From positions 8,370,001 through 8,434,000 of the forward strand of contig CM060731.1 of the NCBI GenBank assembly GCA_030704615.1: a DNA stretch of 64,000 bases, written 5' to 3'. The stretch's first letter is position 1; every line of letters begins with the position of its first letter. The notes under the pieces are model-generated. The model was not told the DNA's origin. It saw nothing but the letters and a program-made list of their open reading frames with translations, and ran no database searches. This DNA comes from Takakia lepidozioides (lineage: Eukaryota > Plantae > Bryophyta). Of this stretch, positions 34,690 to 46,149 are shown one piece after another. Position numbers and translations under genes: made by a program.

Positions 34690-36654
34690 GTCCACAGCGC
34701 GGGGCAGGCCCGCGCATGGGGCCATACCAAAGCCTACCCTGCAAGTCTCGGCACGTGCTACCACCGACGTTGTACTACAAACTACTAACCCGACCCGCAT
34801 TCTTAACCAACCGCTGCGTTAACTACTTCGTAAGATAATCTCGGCGTGGATCTGATCATCAGATTCTGACGGGCGAGTGAGAAAGTACCAAAGTAGTTGG
34901 AGTCCGATACGAGAAAAAGTTACGCGGGGGAGTGAAAACGGTTGAGTTAGCGAAAGCGGGGGATTAGCCTGACACGCGGCAAAGAGGGGGCGGTGGAGTT
35001 AGTTGTGGACCGTTCAGCTCTTTTCCGTCCGCCAGTTTCCGGGGTAGCGCGGCGCCGTTCTTGCCATCGCCGTCAACGGAGGGGCGGTTGGTGGGGGCGG
35101 ACGGCGCGAGGACGGCGACGGCGAAACTGGCGTGGCGGGAGTTGGTATCCAAGCCACGCCCTAACTTTGCCACGTCACTCCGCCCGCCCGACCCCTGAGT
35201 TGTGGGTCCGGAAGCCGCCCCGACGGGCGGGGGTCTAAGCTTTTGCGTTCGTGGATTCGGGGTCAAGCGGGGAAAAAGAAATAAAAGGCGGCGTTAGGGC
35301 CCGGCAATCAAACATGCGTTGAACGGAAGCGTCAAGAAAAATACCTTTAATGGCCGCCAATGGCCGGCTGACGAGTTTAGGTCTGGGCCCAAGGCACGCG
35401 GGCAGCTGGCACCAATCAGTGCCTGCGTGAATGCATGTGGTTACGTCCTGGCGAGCCGCGTTAAGTTGGCACGAGACTCTGCCCTAATTTACTCTCCGGT
35501 TCATTTTTGCTCTATTTCCTGCTCCTGCCGCTTGCGACCGTCGATCCCATCAACAAGCGGCTGCGATGTGCCGCATGAGGTAATCACCGCTCAGCTTAAT
35601 TTGGCAGGCGGTGGCATTACTTAACTGTTATAAGTATAATTGGCACGCTTATAATCAGGTGGGCGAGCATCTTAGCCGCCCAGAATTGGATCCACGGTCG
35701 TTAGCCACCCCACGAACTAACCACTACGAAATTAAATAATTCGATACAGACAGAGATTCGGGCCGTTGGATCTAGAAGACGGGACGGTGAAAAAGAGGAC
35801 CACGAAGTATCCATTATGTCCAGAAAAGTGTTAGATATGGCAGGTTAGATTGCACAGAAGTCGTCGATGCGACTCCATCCACGGATGAAAGACGGCCACG
35901 CTGGCTGGTGGTACCCGTGACCGCGGTCGCATCTCCGCAGGCACCTCATGGTTCGGGTACCGTCATTCAGGGCGCGCCACGTTGTCAGAGTTACCGATCG
36001 AGTTTCGGGACGTGGCCAGTTCGGGTTGGGTGGACCCGTATGTTGGGACCCTTTTCTTGGCCGGTAAAAGGTACCGCCGATCTGCCAGCTCATTTCGCCA
36101 ACAATAGTCCACTTTTGATGCTGCCGTGAAAAACCGCGACGGGAAATTGGGTGGTACCGCTTCCGGCACGGGCGGGCAGAGCTGCTGCGGGCCTGTCTAT
36201 GCCGGCGGGCAGGCGACACCCGAGCACGACAGGCGCCCGGCTGTCAGCGCGCCCTCGCCAGACTGCTCGCCGGCCCGGCTGTCGCCTCTTGTGGCTTGGC
36301 GACCTCGGTCAACTTCAGCGCCGATTCTGCGATAGCGCCCCCCCTATGTCCTGCATTCATCCATCGACAACGGTATGCATCCTGTGGCCTGGCGGACATG
36401 GATGAGGGCTGACTCACAGCATCCATGTCTGGTTAAGCAGGTTACGATCCAATAATAATAGTTGACGCCTTCCCAAGGAAGTCTAAATTATGGTGTCTCT
36501 TCACCCCCAAGGGTTACTTCGTTACTTCCTTCCGCTAGAAAGGTGGACACCTTTGTGCAACCAATCGATGGATTGAACCCACAACCACTTCTGAGGTGGC
36601 ATGTGCCCATTACCACTTGGCGGTTACCATCCAGATTGATGTCCAGATTGATGG

Positions 36655-37233
36655 AACAGAAAAGGCTGTGGTTGTTTGTCATCGTCCACCGCATCATTGG
36701 ATTTTTCTCCACAAGGGTCGAATTTGTGTAGTAGCCACGACGTGGATAGTGTCTCCATCGATGGCAGTTGGTTACCAATTTTCTGCGAAAAATTGTTGGA
36801 GGCCTCTCACAAGCTCTGTTGCTTCTTTTTGATAGTCTACGGATGGATGTCATAGCTTCGATTAATCCGGCTCATGATCTGAGTTGTTGGCGGATACTTT
36901 GACAAGGGAAAATTAACAGTCGAAGATTAATGGAGAGAAGATGTCCAACAGAAAAGGCTGTGGTTGTTTGTCATCGTCCACCGCATCATTGGATTTTTCT
37001 TGACAAGGGTCGAATTTGTGTAGTAGCCACGACGTGGATAGTGTCTCCATCGATGGCAGTTGGTTACCAATTTTCTGCAAAAAATTGTTGGAGGCCTCTC
37101 ACAAGCTCTGTTGCTTCTTTTTGATAGTCTACGGATGGATGTCATAGCTTCGATTAATCCGGCTCATGATCTGAGTTGTTGGCGGATACTTTGACAAGGG
37201 AAAATTAACAGTAGAAGATTAATGGAGAGAAGA
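36655..37233. repeat. Recent tandem duplication, 292-bp period
   Basis: 36655-36941 and 36947-37233 differ at only a few positions. Confidence 0.95.
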
Positions 37234-39452
37234 GGCGGTCAGCGCTTAGGTAGATAGTTAGATTCTGAAAGAGTGTAGGACAAGTGGATTAGCCACAAAC
37301 TTAATGAAAACAAATTTATTCAGGAGATTCCTTGGAATGAGTCCTTCCATAGTTTACGCTTCGTCGGCTCATACAATTAAACAATATACGAGATGGTTCG
37401 ATCGTGCATGGAATTTTGAAAGGATACCCTAACCTAGTGCCTTGTGTATTCAGCATCAGTTCATGTAATTGTGACGAACGAACGTGTTCATTCATCCAGG
37501 TCGCCCCAAGCTGGAGATAGGGTTGGATAAGAAAGTGAAGGCACCGTTTAAGGGAGCCAAGCATTGAGATAAGTCGCCGGATCTTTTTCTCGGCTGCTTT
37601 TTATCGTGATCCCTTTCTTATCTCCCGGCGCGCGGCAGCGACGATATTTATTTGAATTTTGGCAGTGATTTATCCGCATAAAATAATGGATAATAATAAA
37701 GAGAAAGGCAAAATGATGGCGCCGCAGTATCGCCAGGCCGTAGACGGCCCGGTCTGTAGCCGGCGATGGCAGCTGTCGCCAAACTGGCGACACCGCAAAC
37801 GGTCAGAGTGCACTTGGCCCTTTATTGCTCGGACAGGCCGCGCGACGGATGAACGTCCCACACGGATGAACGCGTCTGTGCAGGCTCTGTACGGCCTGCC
37901 ATAATGAAGACGGGTCAAGGATGGTGTGATGCCAGCGCGGGGAAATGAAAGCGGGCCATTCCGGATGGATGATGGATGGATGACGGGAGCCACAAAGTCA
38001 AGAAGACGAAAAGGTCGTGGTCATCACGGATTGTTTGAAAAAACGGACGCCTGCGTCGACACTGTAAATGCTGCCACGTTCGCAGGCGGCGACCGTCGGA
38101 TGGCAGCCGCGGCACATCGCAGCAGCCGAAGCGCTATCCGGTGAGTCACCGCGCGGGGGTGGGCCGTTTTCCCACGCCCACGGTTTCCTGACTTTTGCCA
38201 GCCATTTCCCACCGGCCTTTTTATTACTGCGCCCCCCCCCCAGGGTGGTAGGTGGGTAAACCCCGGGTGGGTAGTCCGAGGTAATAAGGCCAAGGGTTTT
38301 CTTTCGGCTCCGGGCAGGATGTAGGGAGACAAGTTTTCTACCGCGGTCAGAGGAAGTAAACGGTTCCCCGTGGCGACACGAGTGGAAGCGGCGCTGGGTT
38401 GGAGGAGGATTGGGAGGCGAGAGGCGGTGTCGGAGGGGGGCGCGGGGCGGTCGCTAGTTTGGCGACAGCGGGAATCGCTAGTGGCAGAAGGCGGGTGGTG
38501 GGCAATAACTAAATTTCTACCGCGCGTGGCAGCGAGGGAGGCGAGCACGATGAATAGCGAGGCAGCGAGCGAGGCGGGTCAGAGAGACGACAGACTCTTC
38601 TGCCACCCTCGCTCGCATAGCACACCTTACTCACTCCCACTCCCGCGCTCGCAACTTGCCCCCTTGTCCTTTCTGCGATCTTCGCTTCGCCCGCGCACTT
38701 ATATCCCTCCCTCACACCCCCACTGTTCACAATACTTTGCCGCTCTCGCAGACTCTTGAGAAAGTAATCCGAGAAGGGGTTGGTTGGTGATAAGTCGAAG
38801 CGTGGTTGGTGTGAGAGACAGCGACTGCATCCCACGACTGCGCTTCCCAAGTATCCCGAGATCAAGATAGGCTCTTGTGGGGGTCAGGGAGGGGGGTAGT
38901 GCGGGGGAGAAAGAGAAGAAATTGATAATGGCAGAGGTGGGGGTGAATGGAGATGGCAGGGCTGGCTTGGGCGGGCTTGGGCGTTTGTAGTTCGGGGAAC
39001 GGAGTCTACAGAGGTGGTCTTGGAGTGGGAGCTTGACAAAAAAAATTGGAAGTTCGTTCGTTGGTCCGTTCGTTTTCGGTCACCCAGCCAAGAAGAGGTA
39101 AGGGGCTCAGTCTAGCCTGCTGTACTCTGAATCTTTACTTACACGGTGAGATGACGAAATTAGTGCAGTTTGTGTACAAGGTTTTTTTTTAGTGTTGGTT
39201 CTTAGCTTTTCTCCAGCCAGAGGGATGGGATGCTCATGGAGTGATGATCTTTCTTTTGCTTGATCCAGTTTCGTGGGTTAGCTGCATACTGTGTTGGTTG
39301 GTTTGAGAAGGTTTTTAGAAGTGGTGTGGTCTCTGGTGCTGGCTAATCACAGCCTATGGGGGTGTTTTTGGGAGGGCGGGTTCGGAGGTAGTAAGGTCGA
39401 CTTTCTCTGTAGTGGTAGCAAACTCACTGCTGCTGGTGTGTCGTCTGCAGCA

Positions 39453-42400
39453 ATGGAGTCAAGGAGTTATCCCTATTTCGATCCGGAGTATGAGACAAGC
39501 GGCTTCCGATCCAACCCTCCACGGTACGCACAGCTATGATGCATCGAGGGTGTGAGCATGTGTTTCAGACAATTGGTAGTATGCATACACTGGGTATCTG
39601 GAAATAGAGCAGGAACGGGGCAAAACGTAGTCGGGCAGAGAGTACATCCGGTGTAGGCAGTCGAGCAGCTCCTCACTCTCCTTATCGTCCTCATCAATTA
39701 TGTCTTGCCTCAAACATGCGACTTCAAGGAGAGTGCCTGGGATTGGGGGAACAATTTTCCTCCGTTCCTGGTCAAACTTCCTGCTGGTCATTCTCATTTC
39801 TAGTTGGGTGCGCGGAAAGAAGATACGGAGAGAGCGGAACTCATAACCACGCGATATAAACTTTTGCTGTAATGTCGTGCCCTCGAGGGATTAGTAACTG
39901 GAAGGATGCCAAGCCTGCCCGAGGTCGTGGTGGGGTTGAAATCTACCAGGACACGACTAGATGCCCTACCTTTAGTTCATTCTTCCAGCGAGATAGTGAC
40001 ACTCCCCTTGCCGGTTTTGGTTTTTCAGCCCACCATGGTACGAGATCTAGCTGGCACGACCAAATATCTAGTTGCAAGAAGTTGAGTGTTGGTTGTTACT
40101 GCTGTTTTGGACCGTGTGCTAGGAAGAGTGAGGTTGCTCTAGGCGAGCAAGAGAGAAAGATAGAGAGAGAGAGACACAGACGTGTGTAAGCCTTAGTCCG
40201 TTCAGCTGTGCCCTACTCACTCGCTCTGCATGTTCTGGGGCTCTTCTGTCGTCTCGTTCCCTTGGCGTATATATGTTTAGTTATTGAGTAATACTATGGT
40301 CTAACGCCAATCGAACCTGCTCTGACTGTGCAGGATTGTAATAGACAACGGATCCTATGAAGACGCTACTCTCGTGAAGGTAACACTCTCTTCCTATTCC
40401 TGAACCGCTGTAGCTATGAACGACTCAGAAGGTTGAGTTTCAAGTGTTGGGCAGTATAATGGCTACAAGGTGGTGCAGCAATCTCATTTTCTGCCTCCAT
40501 GTTGTGATGCAGGTAGACAGCGCCAACATTCACGGGATTTTGCTTGACGTGGTGCAAGTTCTGTCAGATCTCGAGCTGATCATCTCAAAAGCGCATATTT
40601 CATATGATGTGGGATGGTTCATGGATGGTGAGGTCTTGTTGCCGAGCTTTTGTTGTGAGAAGTCTTTAGGCCATTCTCTGATTGTTCGTGATTGTAGATG
40701 TGTGCCTCCTTAATTTTTGCATCTCGAGTATGTTGCAGGCTTGGAGGAATTCCCTTGAGTTTTAAGTTTTTGTTTTCTTTTGGCTGCAGTTTTCCATGTC
40801 ACAGATCAGTGCGGCAGGAAAATCAATGACGAATCAACCATTTGCTACATTCAACAGGTTAGTTTCCTCCACGCCATTTGTAGACTAGATTGCTCTCTGT
40901 GTTCTAATGCAGCTCAGGCTTTGCACTTCCAAGTTTCCCATATGTCCAACAACGACTAACTCTAGGTGTTTTTCTTGCCAGACATTGGGAGCCAAGAAAA
41001 AACCATCATCCTCAAATGATCTATTGAAGTGCCCAGGAAGGTCTGTTGGGGTGAAATCTGTTGCTGAACACACAATCATAGAGCTTACAGGAAAAGACAG
41101 ACCAGGGCTTCTGTCAGAGGTATCAGCAGTACTTGCACACCTGAAGTGCAATGTGTATGCTGCGGAGGTTTGGACCCACAACTTGAGAGTGGCATGTGTG
41201 GTTTATGTCACCGATGAAGAAACTGGTGGGCCAGTAAATGACCTGAAGAAACTGGATCGCATTCGAGAACTTCTAAGCAAAGTGATGGGGGCCACAATGA
41301 ACTTGGCCGATGGAATAACACACACAGAGAGACGACTGCATCAGATGATGTTTGCTGACAGAGACTATGAAGGGAGTGACCAACCAGCCATGCCAAGGCT
41401 GCCAAACAACAAGGGGAAGCCCATCATTACGGTGCACAACTGTAGTGAGAGAGGCTACTCACTCATCAACGTTCAGTGTGCTGATCGACCAAAGCTGCTT
41501 TTTGACACTGTTTGTACTTTGACAGATATGCAATATGTGGTCTTCCACGCCACGGTTGACACTTCCGGTTCTGATGCTTTTCAGGCACTCATATACACCC
41601 TTCTCTCATGGGTCTGCTATGATTTGATTAGTAAGTCATTATGTGGTTCAACAGCTTTTGTCATACTCGATGCAATAACAAGTACCAGATGAAGATAGAG
41701 TACATCAGTCTAAGTGTGGCATTGGAGATATTTCTTGATTATCTGAGCTTTGATCACAGTGACCATCTCTCTGGCATCTCTATAGGGATCTTCACTGTAA
41801 GCCAGGGCCTTTGAGATGAGTGGAGGGACCTGTCAACCTCTTCAGGGGTTCTGATTGATTGTTGAAGTTTCTCACCTGGTAGAATGCCTTCTTGCAGGAA
41901 TATTATGTTCGCCAAATGGATGGTTGCACTCTAGATGCAGATGCCGAGGAAAGAGTAAAGAAGTGCCTAGAGGCAGCGATTGAAAGGAGATCTCCTGAGG
42001 TACTGCCTTTTGCTCATCTTGATATAGTACTGGCAAGCCAAACTGGGTAGTAATGTCATCTTTTGACTGGTGTTAAGGTAGCAGTCAGGATAGCACAGGA
42101 AAGAGCGCCTTTAAGTGCAATGTCAAAGTAACCTTTCTGTACTTAAGGACCATGAAGTATTCCAAAGCAAGAAAGTGGACAACTGAGAATCTGCAACCAT
42201 ACTTACATATCCTCCTTCTTGATGGTTGTAGGGTCTCAGATTGGAGCTCTGCACCAGTGACAGGGTGGGGCTTTTGTCAGATGTGACCCGCATCTTTCGG
42301 GAGAATGGTCTTTCAGTCACAAGAGCTGATGTCACCACACAGGGAGACAAGGCTGTCAATGTATTCTATGTCACAGATGCCTCAGGGAATCCTGTGGACA

Positions 42401-42615
42401 TGAAGATTGTTGAGGCATTGCGGAGAGAACTTGGGCAAACAATTTTGGAAGTGAAAGAAGCTCCAAGGTTTTTCAAGTCACCGACTCGGTATCCACAAGG
42501 TGGATCTAAGATGTCTTTCAGCAATTTCTTCAAATCGTCAGAGAAATTCCTCTACGGCCTTACAAACCTTGGCTTAACAAACCTTGGATGGAGGAATTCT
42601 GTTTGTGCTGCATGA
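39453..42615 (+). CDS. ACR: ACT domain repeat protein (ACR family, four ACT domains), ~462 aa, 7 coding exons
   Basis: Exons 39453-39523, 40334-40379, 40513-40627, 40790-40857, 40982-41584, 41898-41999 and 42232-42615 (1389 nt). Motifs PYFDPEYE..NPPR, VDSANIHGILLDVVQVL, GWFMDVFHVTD, DRPGLLSEV, THTERRLHQMM, DRPKLLFDTVCTLTDM, DRVGLLSDVTRIFRENGL. Intron 5 needs a GC donor. Confidence 0.93.
39545..39730 (-). pseudogene. Antisense intronic fragment paralogous to the coiled-coil exon at 53155-53420
   Basis: LEVACLRQDIIDEDDKESEELLDCL here versus LEVACLRQDIIDEYEKKSEELLEYL at 53340-53415. Confidence 0.8.
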
Positions 42616-44892
42616 GTGCACTTCTCTCTTTATCTCCAGGCATACGGTCTTTTGCAGCATGAATCATGAGACTTCGACACGCATTGACACTATCCGGTCT
42701 CTTCCCCTACATTGTGAAAAGAGGAGGTTGAAAGGGGAAGGATCATTCTATGGACAGCATGAAAGTGGAAGGGAGACTGCCGCATGTTCTTAGTGGGAGA
42801 CTGCCGCATGTTTTGTATATTACAACCAGACATTACATTACTCAGTACTTTCCTTTGTCACTCCATCTTGTATAGCAGGGTAGTGATGTAGCGCACCAGG
42901 AAAGTGTAATCTCAAGCAGTTAATTAGATTTCGGGGCAACCCCCGGCCATAGATCTCTTCATTTTGTCGGTACACCAATACATGCTCTGTACAGAAATTT
43001 ATTCAAGCATCTACCTTTGGATGGTGATGTGCATTCTATTGTTTGTTGTAAATAACAACTCCTGTTACTGGCCATTTCTCGCATCTCTCCAGTCCATTCT
43101 ATGCGTGCATTTGGGTTCCAACCTTAGCTCTTGGCTTGCTTTGGGATGGTCCCTGTAGGAATATTTTCTGTGCATTGTAAAACTGGAGGTTTCCAGTATG
43201 TCTTCACCATGATTCTCAGGAAAGAACTATGCATGGCCCAAGAATTTCAGAAAAGGAAGCAATGTCTGTTGGCTAGCCTACATATATACTTGGAATGAAC
43301 ATGATGAAGCGAGATTCCCTCCTTTCCTTAGACTGTAGAAATCCTGAAGTCTTCTTTGGAAGCGTGTGGTATCGAGAGCATGAAGGTGGAGCACCTTCAC
43401 GGATGAGGCAGCGAAAAGCAGGAGAAAACGTTTACAGGACCGAAGAATCTGCTACCATCGAGGGCGGGAACAGAAACTCAAAAGAATCAAAGCCTTCTCT
43501 CAGCTATCGAATCCGTCTTCAAGAACTGTTTTCTTGGAGTATTCTTTTTCGAGTAAATTACACTTTCTTCACTGTATTCCTGAAGTTTGACGGACAAGTA
43601 TCAGCATCTGACCAGAAAACCCACCGCATTGGTGAATATTGTTTCTACGCAACCGACGTCCCCCCCAACATCCTCGGCCCCAGTAAGACTTGTCTTACTT
43701 GGGCCAATTTCAACACTCATTGGAGCTTTCAGCAGTTATTCATTGGTGGTGAGGTGGGTGCAACACACCGTAGAAGTAGCGAATCCATCACTCCACCCAC
43801 ACGCCAAGAGCTGCACACTAAACAACTGGAGAGCAAAACCGGGACAAGAGCAAAGACGATGCAGACATCCTGCCAACCGAAGTTGCTTGCAAGTATATTT
43901 GGAGCAACAGAGAGCCGACAAACGGTCCTCCCTTGTACTCTCAGCACCGCCCCATGCGCTGCCGCCCCCTGGCACTCCCATGCTTGCCTCGCATCTTGCT
44001 CGCACAACTAATTCCTCACATCCAATTTTTAATGAACGTCGTTGCACTAACGACAACAGTCTCGCTCTTGACTCGCTGTCTCGATGATATATGTGCATTG
44101 ACCGGAGTGGACGAGGCATCTCTCTCACCTCTACAGTTCAGTCAGAAAGATATGCGACAGTGCCCCCCAAGTATCGGGTCACTTCGCGTGCATAGAACAA
44201 GCCTAAAACGGCGATTGGCTCTCTTGCTTTGGCAAAACATAAGAGGAAGGTGAGAGAGGGGCATGACTCAGCACAACACACCAACCGGAGCCTTGACACG
44301 GTGTAAGGTTCTTTGACCACATTTTCTCCATTGACTTCAACATGTTGCAAAGTCTCTCTCTACTAGAGAGCCAATAAACATATCCGCAGCAGCCATGATG
44401 GAGAACACAAGGAAGAATTGAAGGGCTGCTGTAAGTTACTCAGCGCTGATGACTGCCCATCTTTGGCTCTGGCACTGACACTGGGAGAATTGAATTGAGT
44501 TGGCCAGATTTTCCGGAGTCTGGCAGACAAAGCTAGTGTGGATCATTTGCTGCGCCTGCCGTGCTGGGGATGTAGGTATGTCTCCAGTTGCTAAAAGTCT
44601 GTGGGTGGTAGGTGCCTCATGAAACAATCGCCACTTGGAGTGGCCCAAATTTGGGCTGAAATGTGATAGGCCCCTTCAAACCTGCGATCGACGCTGTCGA
44701 GGAATGTCTTGTAAGTCTCATTCATGGAGCGCCAGGATCCCTGTTAATGTGATCAGTTGTATGTAACGCGGGCCAGTGATCACTGTCACTCTTCAGTATT
44801 CTTTTTTATATTCTCTCAGTTTCTCAAAAACATTTTTTTAAAATTTGAAGCTCTGGAAACTGGAAACCTTTATTCATAAATTATTCCGGGGT

Positions 44893-45110
44893 TACCGTAC
44901 TTACCTAGCTTATTAGGAAATAATTAATTCAAAATCAAGTGCCTAATTAAATTTAGAACATTTTTGGAAAATGTGCCTAAAACTTGGATCAAGTGCCTAA
45001 TTGCTCCTCATTGCTCGAAAAGTGTGAAATAGCCAAAATGTCCAAATATGTGAAAAAATGCCTAAATTATATTATTTAAAGTCCAAAAAAGGGTAAAAAT
45101 GCCTACAATT
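44893..45110. mobile_element. Solo terminal remnant of the Tc2/pogo-like family
   Basis: ta|ccgta..ttagg..aattaattc followed by repeated gtgcctaa. Aligns with the reverse complement of 58200-58322. Confidence 0.6.
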
Positions 45111-46149
45111 TAAAATTTCATGTCCACTTCCAAAGGGCCCTGCATTGATGCAACTAACTCCTCATCACCTATATAATATCTATTTTCAAAACCATTATGT
45201 TTTTTTAAAAGAAAATTACCTCAACAAGAGGATAATAATGAACAATTTGGTAAGCGATGCATAGTCTCCTATTTAGAATAAAGAGGAGCCAACAAACGAA
45301 CTTTCTAGCCGATTTGTTTTCGGTAATTTGAGACTTTGCAGGTCTTTTCCTTTTACAATGTTTCCAAAGAAACACCAGACCCAGCAACTGGGCCTTGAGG
45401 GAGAAAATAAACTCCCCCTTACGGGACCATCGAGGCAGATTGAGGCAGCTTACAGTGGTTTGAACCCCAGACCCAAAGGTCAATGCTCAATGTGTCTTAC
45501 TACCCTGTTGTGCAGCCTACTGTACTATTTCTCCGAGTTATTTAAGACTATGGTTGGTTAGTCTAGCAGCCAACAGTAGCCTATTTTGCAAAGAAAATGA
45601 CCTTGGGAGCTACAGTAGCTGCAAAATTGGACATGCTGAACACAAGGGGCACTGATGAATTTGTTTCCCTCTTGTGTCCCAATCCCCTGCCCCTGAGTAG
45701 CTGAAAAATGCCATCATTTGATACTGCAACAAATGTTTAGTTGGCCTTTTTGTGATATTGATGATGCAGAAGAAAACATTTTCTAAACATGAAGATACCT
45801 TTCGTTTTTCTTCGGTCTTTCAGAGCATCATTAATGCAACATGGACGCTTGGAATCTTTCCCCCAGCCTGCAACAAGCAATCTCACCCTATTTCTACAAA
45901 AATATGAAAGCTGGTAGTGGGCATTACAGCAGGGACTACATCCACCTGAAATGTGAAACCCATCAGAGAGAAGGTGGCATGCACTATCGTATGCCACTCA
46001 AGCTTCATAGTATCAAACAGAGATGACACCTAAAAACTCTCAAGTGAAATAGCATCTTTGGAGATATTTCACACTTAGTATTACTCAGTCACTACTCACC
46101 TCTTCCAACTGAGAATCTACGATATTCTTTCACCTATCTGCCCAAATCC

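Noticed and set aside
30990-38865. Numerous overlapping 60-170 aa ORFs
   Set aside because: Arg/Pro/Ala-rich ORFs on all frames are expected from high GC content and carry no motifs.
43295-44253. 238-aa ORF and overlapping ORFs
   Set aside because: No recognisable domain or supportable exon structure.
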